Source: an uncultured Pseudomonadota bacterium
GTDB taxonomy: Bacteria > Pseudomonadota > Alphaproteobacteria > UBA9219
DNA length: 64,000 bases
Assembly: GCA_903919315.1 (NCBI GenBank)
Contig: CAIXHP010000023.1
Coordinates: forward strand, 30,031-94,030
Direction of reading: 5' to 3'
Shown: piece by piece, positions 28,419 to 37,693 of the stretch
Numbering within the stretch: the first letter of the stretch is position 1
How the letters are laid out: each line of letters opens with the position of its first letter
Translations under genes and position numbers: made by a program
The notes under the pieces: generated by a model
Told to the model about the DNA's origin: nothing
The model's input: the letters and a program-made list of their open reading frames with translations, nothing else
The model's database searches: none

Positions 28419-28661
28419 ATGATCCCCGTTGTTTCCCAGCTCTATATGGATATGGCCCACCGTTGCGTTCGGCAGACACTCGCGCTTGTGCGCGAAGGGC
28501 GCAGCGAAGAAGCCCTCGAAGTCGCCAATCTTGCCGTCGATTCCTACGACAAAGCCCTGTCAGCCAATAAAGGCGCTGGCCACGATATCTTCGCCGTCCT
28601 TGCGATGCTCGTTCCTCATACATCCGAACGTGCTTCCGCCACCAAACAATCAGCCGCCTAA
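28419..28661 (+). CDS. small hypothetical protein
   Basis: ORF 28350..28661; AAGGAGA RBS before ATG 28419. Confidence 0.4.
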   Translation: MIPVVSQLYMDMAHRCVRQTLALVREGRSEEALEVANLAVDSYDKALSANKGAGHDIFAVLAMLVPHTSERASATKQSAA

Positions 28662-28947
28662 CCAGCATGATCGTGTTTGCCGGAATTTGGCGTCGCGTCA
28701 CCCGCGCCCTGCGTCAGCAGTGGCGCTGGTGGCGCACGCTCTGGACGGGGAAATGATGCGTGTCGCAACTGCCCATGGAGTCGTCGTCGCAAAAAAGCTC
28801 TCTGCATATCGTGGCTGATCTTCTGGCCCTGGCTATATTACGCAGAAAAGCAAAGGAAAATGGCCAGAACGACGGTTCTCAACTGGACTTCGCGAACAAA
28901 GGAAGCATGTGTGACGGCAACGAAAAACCGTCAAAAGAGAGCATGCT

Positions 28948-29412
28948 ATGACGCCGATTATGCGGCAGATCAAAGAACTTCAGGACAAAAGCTTCGCCGA
29001 ACTTAAACAGCTTTGGCGAGATTATTATCAGACTGAACCCCCGCCGTACCGGCGCGGATTTATGGCCCGCGCCTTGGCCTATCGGATACAAGAATTGACC
29101 TACGGCGGATTATCCACGAAAGCGGAAAGTCGACTGGACGATCTGATTGCCGAAGCCAAAGGAACAAAAACCAAGAGGCGTTTGGCTCCGGCGAAGATCC
29201 CTGTCGCTGGCACACGGCTTGTGCGCGAATGGCGCGGTGAGAGGCATGAAGTGATCGTGTTGCCCGATGGATTCGAATATGCGGGCCGAAAGTGGGGATC
29301 GCTGACGGCCATAGCACGGCAAATCACCGGCACCCATTGGAACGGGCCGGTGTTTTTCGGACTGCGCAGAGAGCAGCCAAAACCCGTTGTCGTGAACGCG
29401 GAGGCCGCATGA
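28948..29412 (+). CDS. DUF2924-family protein (serine recombinase partner)
   Basis: C-terminal ...ITGTHWNGPVFFGL; ATGA overlap with the recombinase start. Confidence 0.65.
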   Translation: MTPIMRQIKELQDKSFAELKQLWRDYYQTEPPPYRRGFMARALAYRIQELTYGGLSTKAESRLDDLIAEAKGTKTKRRLAPAKIPVAGTRLVREWRGERHEVIVLPDGFEYAGRKWGSLTAIARQITGTHWNGPVFFGLRREQPKPVVVNAEAA

Positions 29413-30791
29413 AAGAAATCGTCGTGCCCCGCATTCGCTGCGCTATCTACACGCGCAAATCGTCCGAAGAGGGCCTCGACATGGAGTTCAACAGCCTCGA
29501 TGCCCAGCGGGAGGCGTGCGAGGCATATACTCTGAGCCAGAAAGCGGAAGGCTGGACGGCACTTGCGACCCAATACAACGACGGCGGCTTCTCCGGAGGT
29601 ACGCTGGAACGCCCCGCCCTGAAACGGCTTATGGAAGACATCGAGCGCGGGCAAATCGACATCGTCGTGGTCTATAAAATCGACCGCCTTTCGCGCTCTT
29701 TGATGGACTTCGTCAAAATGGTCGAGGTCTTCGACCGCCACAAGGTGACTTTCGTCAGCATCACGCAGTCCTTCAACACGACGACGTCGATGGGACGATT
29801 GATCCTCAACATCCTTCTTTCCTTCGCGCAGTTCGAACGCGAGGTGATAGGAGAGCGCATACGCGATAAATTCGCGGCCAGCCGCAGGAAAGGCATGTGG
29901 ATGGGCGGGTGCCCTCCCTTGGGCTATGACGTCATCAGCCGCAAGCTGATCGTCAATGCGCGAGAGGCTATGCTCGTTCGGGAAATCTTCGAATCCTTCA
30001 CGCAAACCGAATCCTGCGTCGGGATCCTGCGCCAACTGAATGTTACCGGGCACACGAAGAAGGCATGGACGACGCAGGACGGACGCTTTCACGAAGGGAA
30101 GCCAATCGACAAGCAGTACATTTACCGGATCCTGCACAATCGGGTTTATCTGGGCGAAGCCGTTCACAAGGGAAAATCCTATCCTGGCGAACACAAAGCA
30201 ATTATAGACCCGCCGCTTTGGGAGGGAGCGCATCGCATCCTTGCGCGCGCCCCGCAGACGCGCAGCAACATCAACCGCGCGCGCCAACCGTCGCTTCTAC
30301 GTGGCCTTGTGTGGTGCGGGTGCTGCGGTTCGGCCATGACGCCGTCCTCCACCACCATTCGAGCCAGAGGCGCGTCCTATCGCTATTACGTGTGCGTCAA
30401 ATCACTCAGGAACGGACGCGAGGCTTGCACCATTCGCTCGATCCCCGCGCATGAGCTGGAAAGCGCCGTGCTTTATCAAATCAAGGCGGCGTTCAAAGCG
30501 CCGGAACTGATCGCCATGGTCGGCCAATGCCTGAGCAAAAGAGACGAAAGCCTCGCCGTCGCCACAAAAACAGAGCGCGAGAGGCTCGTGCGGAGCGAAC
30601 TCAAAAACTTCGAGGCTCTATGGGAACAGCTCTTCGTGCCGGAACAGCGCAAGCTGTTGATGCAGCTCCTCGACCGGATCGAGGTCTCCGAAGATGGCGT
30701 CAAGCTCCACCTCAAGAAAAACAACCTGACCCAATGGGTCGCGGAATCGCAGCATGGAACAGGACACGATTGTCATTCACCTGCCGCTTAA
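29409..30791 (+). CDS. large serine recombinase (prophage integrase)
   Basis: Resolvase domain with nucleophile context AIYTRKSSEEG; recombinase domain; zinc ribbon CGCCGS...YYVCV...C. Confidence 0.85.
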   Translation: MKEIVVPRIRCAIYTRKSSEEGLDMEFNSLDAQREACEAYTLSQKAEGWTALATQYNDGGFSGGTLERPALKRLMEDIERGQIDIVVVYKIDRLSRSLMDFVKMVEVFDRHKVTFVSITQSFNTTTSMGRLILNILLSFAQFEREVIGERIRDKFAASRRKGMWMGGCPPLGYDVISRKLIVNAREAMLVREIFESFTQTESCVGILRQLNVTGHTKKAWTTQDGRFHEGKPIDKQYIYRILHNRVYLGEAVHKGKSYPGEHKAIIDPPLWEGAHRILARAPQTRSNINRARQPSLLRGLVWCGCCGSAMTPSSTTIRARGASYRYYVCVKSLRNGREACTIRSIPAHELESAVLYQIKAAFKAPELIAMVGQCLSKRDESLAVATKTERERLVRSELKNFEALWEQLFVPEQRKLLMQLLDRIEVSEDGVKLHLKKNNLTQWVAESQHGTGHDCHSPAA

Positions 30792-31140
30792 GCCGAGGCG
30801 ACGCGCAGGCCGCAAATACCTGGTCGCCCCGGACGGCTCGACCGTCCCGGCAACCGGCGAAACACCGCAGTTGCAGACGATGCAGAAGGCGCTCGTGCGT
30901 GCCTTTCTTTGGCGACAGGAAATCGAACAAGGGCAATATGCCAGCATCACGGAGTACGCCTGCAGAACTCGACAAGATACTGCTTACGTTCTCCGGCAGC
31001 TAACCCTGACGTTTTTGGCTCCTGCCATCGTTGATGCCATTCTCGAAAACACCCAGCCGCGCTACCTCACGCTCCAGCATCTTTACGATCTGACGCTTTT
31101 GAGTTGGGACGAGCAGACACAAAAAATGACTATGCGTTGA
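30754..31140 (+). CDS. hypothetical protein downstream of the integrase
   Basis: 128-aa ORF overlapping the recombinase 3' end in another frame. Confidence 0.35.
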   Translation: MEQDTIVIHLPLKPRRRAGRKYLVAPDGSTVPATGETPQLQTMQKALVRAFLWRQEIEQGQYASITEYACRTRQDTAYVLRQLTLTFLAPAIVDAILENTQPRYLTLQHLYDLTLLSWDEQTQKMTMR

Positions 31141-31642
31141 AATGAAAGACGTTGTCGGTTGTTCCAGTAAACATAATCGAAGGTGTTATGGAGTTCTTCT
31201 TCAAATCGATGCACAGAAATTGAGGCGTCATGCCCGGTTCCGAAGGATTTTCAGCAATCCGCAAGAGTTCGTAAGCGTCGATAAATACAGGGCTGTGATC
31301 TTTGATGATGGGAAGCAGCGGATCCTCCCAATAGGAGCTGTCCTCGATTTTTGTTGGATCGTAATTGTGAGCGTTAACGGCTAACTTTTCTGCCTTTTCT
31401 TTGCCGTCTTGCTGCCAGTTGGCGGCATTCGTCATCAGGAAGACGGGGTTTCCTCCGAACAACCAGAAACCTTTTTCACAAAATTCTTCGCCATAAAGAG
31501 GCTGGGCCGCTATTGCGATCTTCAATTCGTCGTAAAGCTTTTGAACTTCAGCCCATACAAAATACAACCTCACAATGAGCGGATCGTCACACATGTCTGT
31601 CATCCTTTTGCAAAGCCGCAAAGCTCTCATTCTTGACCGCAA
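31130..31642 (-). CDS. hypothetical cargo protein (low-GC)
   Basis: 170-aa ORF in the AT-rich segment between the integrase and the tRNA. Confidence 0.45.
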   Translation of the reverse strand: MRSRMRALRLCKRMTDMCDDPLIVRLYFVWAEVQKLYDELKIAIAAQPLYGEEFCEKGFWLFGGNPVFLMTNAANWQQDGKEKAEKLAVNAHNYDPTKIEDSSYWEDPLLPIIKDHSPVFIDAYELLRIAENPSEPGMTPQFLCIDLKKNSITPSIMFTGTTDNVFHFNA

Positions 31643-31759
31643 ACAACCGAAAGCTTTCCTATAAACGATATGTTTAAGATTTTTCCCTTATTATTGCACT
31701 ATCAAAGAAAGCGGCCTGGATTCTGGCTATCCACCCACATATTTTAATCGAGGCAGGTC

Positions 31760-32032
31760 ATGCATATCTTCTTCATAATCAGCATCATCGTCCTTGCGAT
31801 CATTTATCCGTTTTATAATCACTATTTGATGAAATGGGGCATTCCCAAAGCCATCGAGATTGCCAAATTTCAGGGCTGGGTGTCGCCCATTCGCATGAGT
31901 AACCAAACGCGCATCACGCGCAGCACCTGCCAGTCGATTATTGATAAGGCCGTCAAGGAAGGGCTGCTATGCCTTGCCGTCGATGGACATTATCACCTCA
32001 AAACCCAACACGAAGATAAAGCCCAGTCCTGA
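31760..32032 (+). CDS. small membrane protein with C-terminal HTH-like segment (hypothetical, low-GC)
   Basis: N-terminal TM helix IFFIISIIVLAIIYPF. Confidence 0.45.
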   Translation: MHIFFIISIIVLAIIYPFYNHYLMKWGIPKAIEIAKFQGWVSPIRMSNQTRITRSTCQSIIDKAVKEGLLCLAVDGHYHLKTQHEDKAQS

Positions 32033-32330
32033 AAATTGATGGCATCGCACAACACCCAAGATCGAAAATCGTTTGAAGTTTCGTATATCATCCGCAGACC
32101 GTTTGAGTAAAAACGAAAAAGTTGGCTAAGTCATTGATAAACTAGTAACTGGACTTTTTTCCAAAAGTCCAGTTACCACAGAGAGAACCGGCCCAGAGAG
32201 AGGACGAAAGGGGCGTTTTGGGGTGAATTCAGGGGGCGCGGAGTCCAGTTGCAAAAGCCGAAAATGGCGCAAAGACTGGCGTTTTTGAGGCGCGCTTACA
32301 AAACAGAGAATCCGATTTTGTAACAATAAC

Positions 32331-32422
32331 TGGCGGAGGGGATGAGATTCGAACTCACGATACAGTTTGACCCGTATAACCGCTTTCCAGGCGATCGCCT
32401 TCAACCACTCGGCCACCCCTCC
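32331..32422 (-). tRNA. tRNA-Ser (anticodon GGA)
   Basis: Folded by hand: acceptor GGAGGGG/CCCCTCC, anticodon loop CUGGAAA, long variable arm, T-arm GTTCGAATC, encoded CCA. Confidence 0.85.
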
Positions 32423-32669
32423 GCAGGACGCTTGAAATGGGCGGAACTTGGCGGCCCCGGTGGTGGGTTTGGGGGCGGTTGGGTTCGCGCGATTTCGGCG
32501 ACACGTTGATGTAGCGTTTTTGCGCTCCTATGGAAACATCAAACTTTGGGGCGATGGGGGAATATTTGCAAATGTTAACGGGCGCTCTGGCCCGGCTCTG
32601 GCACAGCTCTGGCCTTTGGGAGGCTCTTTGTGGCGTGGGCGAGCGGCTGTGCCGCTCGGCTGGCCTCAG

Positions 32670-33491
32670 CTACCCCTCGGTCAGCATCCCTTGGAATGAC
32701 CGGCTCGCGGGGCCGGACATGATGATCGAGCCGTCCTCGCGCCATTCGATGCTGAGCGCACCGCCGTCGAGCGTGACGGTGGCGCGGCGGTCGGTGAGGC
32801 CGCGCCGGACGGCGGCGACGAGGGTCGCGCACGCGCCAGAGCCGCAAGCCTCGGTGATGCCCGCGCCGCGTTCCCAGACACGCATGCGGATGTGGCCTCG
32901 GTCGATGACTTGGGCGATTTCGATATTGGCGCGGTCGGGGAAGAGGGGGTGCGTTTCCAGCTTTGGGCCGACCTCGGCCAAGGGAACAGCCTCGACGTCG
33001 GGCACAAAGAAGACCGCATGAGGATTGCCGACATTTACGCAGCAGGGGTCGGCCAGCTCGCCCACGCGCAAGGGGACGCTGAGCGTGTCGGCGGCTTGCG
33101 CCAGGGGGATGTCTTGCCATTGCAGACGTGGCGGGCCGAAATCGGCGGCGATGTGGCCGTTCGGCTCGGCCCAGACTTTCAACAGGCCGCTGACGGTCTG
33201 GATCACGGCGCGGTCGCGGCCCGTCTCCTCGAACAGCAACCGTCCGACGCAGCGCGTTGCGTTGCCACAGGCGCGCACCAATGATCCGTCGCAGTTGTAC
33301 ATGTGCATGAACAGATCGGCCTCAGGCGACTGCGGCGGAGCCAGAATGACAATCTGATCACAGCCCACGCCGCGCTTGCGGTCGGCGATGGCGCGGCACG
33401 CGGCTTCGTCGGGGATATAGCCGTCGGCGCGGCTGTCAAGAATGACAAAATCATTGCCGAGCCCGTGCATTTTAATGAAAGAGCGATTCAT
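32670..33491 (-). CDS. dapF: diaminopimelate epimerase
   Basis: N-terminal FIKMHGLGNDFVILD; two-domain DapF layout. Confidence 0.85.
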   Translation of the reverse strand: MNRSFIKMHGLGNDFVILDSRADGYIPDEAACRAIADRKRGVGCDQIVILAPPQSPEADLFMHMYNCDGSLVRACGNATRCVGRLLFEETGRDRAVIQTVSGLLKVWAEPNGHIAADFGPPRLQWQDIPLAQAADTLSVPLRVGELADPCCVNVGNPHAVFFVPDVEAVPLAEVGPKLETHPLFPDRANIEIAQVIDRGHIRMRVWERGAGITEACGSGACATLVAAVRRGLTDRRATVTLDGGALSIEWREDGSIIMSGPASRSFQGMLTEG

Positions 33492-33726
33492 GGCGCGAGT
33501 GTAGAACGACAGCCGGTGTTTTTCCACCCCCGTCCTTTCACGGCCCAAGGGAAATCCCCGACAAATTTGGCGGCATTAATCTTGCGTTTCGAATGGGGCC
33601 GTCGCCCATTCCCGGCCTGCTTGACCTTCATCAAATTTGGAAGTTGGAACCCGATTACGGTAGCGAAGTGTCCGGAGATTTCATCTTCGACACATTCCGT
33701 TGAACCTATAGCTCAGGAGATATGAC

Positions 33727-33939
33727 ATGCAGAACTCCCAAACAAAGCCGACAGGCAATAATAGCGCAGAGCATCACACAAAGGCTGCTGCCTATTACAA
33801 AACGGCCTCGGAAGAACATGACCAAGCGGCCAAATGCTGCGCGTCTGGCGATGAGAAAAAGGCCAGCGAACACGCAAAAACAGCGCTTGATCAATCCGTG
33901 AAGGCTCAAGATCACGGCAAGCGAGCCATAACGAGCTGA
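33727..33939 (+). CDS. small hydrophilic Lys/Ala-rich protein (hypothetical)
   Basis: 70-aa ORF with AGGAGA RBS. Confidence 0.5.
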   Translation: MQNSQTKPTGNNSAEHHTKAAAYYKTASEEHDQAAKCCASGDEKKASEHAKTALDQSVKAQDHGKRAITS

Positions 33940-34214
33940 ACGGGCCGAGACTAAAACACAACCGGCAAATGTGTGACGGATGGAGCGATGCTTGTTATCG
34001 CCGCCTTCCGGCCATGTTGGCCGGTTGTTTCTTTGCCCGAAACGCGCTTCCCCAAATCACAAACCATAAGTCTTTTGGTGTTATTTCGCGAACTACACCA
34101 CAGTTATTTGAACATAATTTTCTTTCTTTGATCAACATCAAATAGGCAAAACACAACGAGCGTACTTGTACTGTTATCGGAAAAGCTTCGCCGATTTATC
34201 AGGAGGAACCGCTC

Positions 34215-34625
34215 ATGAATCCCATTCGAAAAAATAGCGCGATAGTGCTGGCCAGTCTGGCGCTGCTGGGCACGTCGCTATCTGCGGCATCTGTCGTCGC
34301 CGAGAATGCGATGCAGACCATCCAACTGGTCAAGGTCGATGTTCTTAAGTTATCGACCGGTTACCGCACCTCAAAACTCATCGGCAGCGATGTCATGAGC
34401 GATGGCGGGGAAACAATCGGCAAGATTGATGACCTCATCGTCAGTCCCGACGACAACAAATCCGCTTATGTCATCATTTCCGTCGGCGGCTGGCTGGGCA
34501 TGGGCGCGCGTCTTGTCGCTCTTCCCTATGGCGATCTGCGGATCAACAACGCGAAGATCACGCTGCCGGGCGTTACCAAAGAGGCGCTCAAAGGCTTGCC
34601 TGAGTTCAAATTCAGCACGATGTAA
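34215..34625 (+). CDS. PRC-barrel domain protein with signal peptide
   Basis: Signal peptide followed by a PRC-barrel-like region (DDLIVSPDDNKSAYVIISVGGWLGMG); AGGAGG RBS. Confidence 0.65.
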   Translation: MNPIRKNSAIVLASLALLGTSLSAASVVAENAMQTIQLVKVDVLKLSTGYRTSKLIGSDVMSDGGETIGKIDDLIVSPDDNKSAYVIISVGGWLGMGARLVALPYGDLRINNAKITLPGVTKEALKGLPEFKFSTM

Positions 34626-34714
34626 TCGCGCGCCACCAATGACTCCGGCCCATGCCTTACCCGACGTGGGGCGGAGAGTTTCTTTTACACATTACGTTTT
34701 TCAGGAGAACGCTC

Positions 34715-35074
<360 letters not shown>

Positions 35075-35089
35075 ATCAGGGAGGCGGTT

Positions 35090-35248
35090 ATGACCTTAGG
35101 CACCATTCTTCTTATCGTTCTTCTTGTCCTTTTGATCGGCGGTCTGCCCACATGGCCGCACAGCCGAAAATGGGGTTATTACCCGACGGTGAGCCTCGGA
35201 ACGGTGCTTTTGGTTGTGCTGATTTTGATGTTGTTGGGACGCATTTAG
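35090..35248 (+). CDS. DUF3309-family small membrane protein (52 aa; absent from ORF track)
   Basis: Translated manually: MTLGTILLIVLLVLLIGGLPTWPHSRKWGYYPTVSLGTVLLVVLILMLLGRI; GGAGG RBS. Confidence 0.7.
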   Translation: MTLGTILLIVLLVLLIGGLPTWPHSRKWGYYPTVSLGTVLLVVLILMLLGRI

Positions 35249-35392
35249 GCAAAACCTCCAAGCGTTCGATGCCAGCGGTCGGTTCTTGAAAGGAAACAAC
35301 ACGACAGCGCCTGTGACGTTGCCACACGCCGAGAACGCCCAAAGGATCGTTGTCCGTCCTGTCATGAATAAAAAGACACTTGGAGGGCACCT

Positions 35393-35773
35393 ATGCCTGA
35401 TCTTGCGAACGATACGGCCACCGTCGAAGAGTACGAACGCACGTTTGAGCGCTATCTGGATATATGCAACCAAGCGATAGAGCGAAACAAAGACAAGTTC
35501 CCCTATATGGAAATTTGGCGTGTGCGCTGGAAAAAACTTGGCCCGGATGCGATCTTGCAGTGCGCCGTTTATGACGACAGGCCTAAGATTATTTACAAGC
35601 TCCGGCTCACCGAAGACATGAAGATAGAAATTATTGAGAAGACGCATGTGCCGCCGCATGACGCTTGGCCTTTCAAATACAGCTATCTTAAGCATGTCGT
35701 CGACCATCCGGACGAATACATCGACCACCCGGCCAATCTCGATTGGGGATGGCTTACGGGCATGGTCGGTTAG
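35393..35773 (+). CDS. hypothetical protein
   Basis: 126-aa ORF with GGAGGG RBS; the antisense 258-aa ORF has skewed composition. Confidence 0.55.
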   Translation: MPDLANDTATVEEYERTFERYLDICNQAIERNKDKFPYMEIWRVRWKKLGPDAILQCAVYDDRPKIIYKLRLTEDMKIEIIEKTHVPPHDAWPFKYSYLKHVVDHPDEYIDHPANLDWGWLTGMVG

Positions 35774-35774
35774 G

Positions 35775-36521
35775 TCACATATCTTCGGACGCGTATTTCG
35801 GGGCCAGAGGGCCATAGACAAATTTCGCCAGCTGCTCGACCGAGTTGATTTCGACCCGGTCGCCGCGCACATGGACTCCGGCTTTTTCCCTTAATACATT
35901 GAGCGCTCGCGAGAAAGTCGCCCCCTTCATGCCGAGCGTCGTGGCGATTAAGGTCTTGTCATAGGGTAAATACAGGACGGCGCTTTTCTTTTCATCAACA
36001 ACGCAAAGCCTGAGTAAAAATCCGCCGATGCGTTCCGGCGCGCTCTGCGTGACGTTCACGGCCATCGTGTCGTAATGGCGGCGGTGTTGGCGCGACATGG
36101 ATGACAGCATGTTGCGCGCCAGAGTCGGGCTTTGCCCTATCTGGTCTTTCAAAACGGAAGCGGGAATACTAAGAAGCAGAACGTCTTCGATGACCTCGGC
36201 GCTGCTTGTGTGATGGCTTTGTTCGAAAATGGCACCTTCACCGACCATATAGCCGCAAGTCAGCATGTCAACGATCACTTCCTCGCCTTCCTGCGTGGTA
36301 TGGAACAATTTGATCCAACCGCTGCAAATAATGTAGAAGTGCGTCGCCTCCTCGCCTTGAAGATACAGTATCTTCCCTTTTGGATAGGATCGCGCCTGCG
36401 CGGCCCTTACAAAGCAAGCGAGGTCATCGTCTGAAAGATCGGCAAAAAGCACAGCCCTCCTGAGGCAATCGAGGTGTCGGTTCGAAGGCCCATCGGACGC
36501 GCCATGGTTAGTTTTTAGCAT
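35775..36521 (-). CDS. Crp/Fnr-family transcriptional regulator
   Basis: cNMP-binding domain plus C-terminal HTH (TLIATTLGMKGATFSRALNVLRE). Confidence 0.8.
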   Translation of the reverse strand: MLKTNHGASDGPSNRHLDCLRRAVLFADLSDDDLACFVRAAQARSYPKGKILYLQGEEATHFYIICSGWIKLFHTTQEGEEVIVDMLTCGYMVGEGAIFEQSHHTSSAEVIEDVLLLSIPASVLKDQIGQSPTLARNMLSSMSRQHRRHYDTMAVNVTQSAPERIGGFLLRLCVVDEKKSAVLYLPYDKTLIATTLGMKGATFSRALNVLREKAGVHVRGDRVEINSVEQLAKFVYGPLAPKYASEDM

Positions 36522-36889
36522 TTTCTGCACAGCCTTAAGTCTAACACAAGCGAACGTCGCGCAGGACAAATAATTCTTAAAAGCCTTAAATAAATAGGTC
36601 AATCAGAGCAAGCCAAACGATGGTATTGATTGTTGGGGCAGACGCAAAATGTGTGGACAGCACGATTGTTATTGCCGGACTTCAGGCACGCGAACCGTGC
36701 AGGCGCGTTGCTTTGAACTATAGTACCCAGTGATCATCGCGATTTCCACACCAAAGCTATGTTCTTTCCCGGCCCTCGGCGCAGCGCGGGCGCTTATAGG
36801 GGATGCTATCGAGCTGTTGATACGAGCGCTGATGGTCTTTGCAAAACAGGCGTTTTTCCATACGGCAGAGGCAAAAGGCATAACGGCGT

Positions 36890-37276
36890 ATGCCGCTGCT
36901 ATACAAGGCGTTAAGCGGCCTCGTTCATAGTGGAAGACACGAAGTTGCACGAACGACGGATACTCCCATGCACTATGCCATTCACAACGGTGTCGAAGCG
37001 ATGCACATCCAGATGGATGGGTGTTTCACTTTTGCGGATTCTCATGCGTTTCAACATTTGCTTGATGCCATTCGCCATTGCAACCAGAACGCCGAAATTC
37101 GCTTGAACATCGAGCAACTCGACTACATCGATGCCACGGCGCTGGGGCTGTTGATGGATGCCTATGACACCGCCAAGCGGTATCGGCACGCTCTTGTCTT
37201 TGAACAACCCCACGGTCAGGTGCAGGAATCCCTCATCCGTGCCGCACGTGTGAACGCAATCCAGATCGCGGCCTGA
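36890..37276 (+). CDS. STAS-domain protein (anti-sigma-factor antagonist-like)
   Basis: FTFADSHAFQHLLD...LDYIDATALGLLMDAYD; true start may be ATG 36968. Confidence 0.5.
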   Translation: MPLLYKALSGLVHSGRHEVARTTDTPMHYAIHNGVEAMHIQMDGCFTFADSHAFQHLLDAIRHCNQNAEIRLNIEQLDYIDATALGLLMDAYDTAKRYRHALVFEQPHGQVQESLIRAARVNAIQIAA

Positions 37277-37423
37277 AACCCACGGGCGCAACAGCGCATT
37301 TTATAAATGTCCCGACGGATCGGGATCGTTTAGCGGACACAGAGGACGCACACTCTGGCGGCGCGTCGGACAGCCTTAGTGTCCGTCCAAAAATTTTAAC
37401 AACAAAGACAACCCAAAGAACAG

Positions 37424-37536
37424 TCATCCCCGCGAAGGCGGGGAGCCATCACCTGTAGAATGAATATGCGCCAGTAAGGAAAAATGGCGCTCAATCCTAT
37501 CAGCGGGAGATGGTTCCCCGCCTTCGCGGGGATGAC
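37424..37536. repeat. REP-like element: two inverted copies of a GAAG-loop hairpin (TCATCCCCGCGAAGGCGGGGAGCCATC) separated by about 58 bp
   Basis: Arms 37424..37450 and 37509..37536 are reverse complements, 27/28 identical. Confidence 0.75.
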
Positions 37537-37693
37537 CAGTCCTTATTATAAATCGTTGTGAACAAACGACAAGCTTCTGGACAGACACTTAGGGACGATT
37601 GCAACACATTGCCAAACCGTCCGACTGTAGCAATGAACCCAATCGCACAGCGCTTGCCGATCCACTGCTTCCGCCTTTGTATTGGCGACCGGA

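Larger units (their letters stand above)
1..32330. mobile_element. Partial lambda-like temperate prophage (right part; left end outside window)
   Basis: Contiguous phage structural, replication/recombination, lysogeny-switch and integrase genes; GC drops in cargo regions near 27.2-28.7 kb and 31.1-32.3 kb; ends near tRNA-Ser at 32331. Confidence 0.8.

Noticed and set aside
32126-32416. 96-aa minus-strand ORF
   Set aside because: It overlaps the tRNA-Ser gene; the tRNA folds perfectly and takes precedence.
32331-32422. tRNA-Ser as the serine-integrase attachment site with a long direct repeat
   Set aside because: Large serine recombinases use short crossover cores, and no duplicated tRNA 3' segment is visible inside this window; the proximity may only mark the prophage boundary.
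35096-35872. 258-aa minus-strand ORF
   Set aside because: Antisense to the better-supported 35393..35773(+) gene (GGAGGG RBS) and the DUF3309 gene; odd composition.
36669-36950. Overlapping ORFs 36669..36950(-) and 36730..36930(+)
   Set aside because: Mutually exclusive, no RBS, and they sit in the probable promoter region between the Crp/Fnr and STAS genes.
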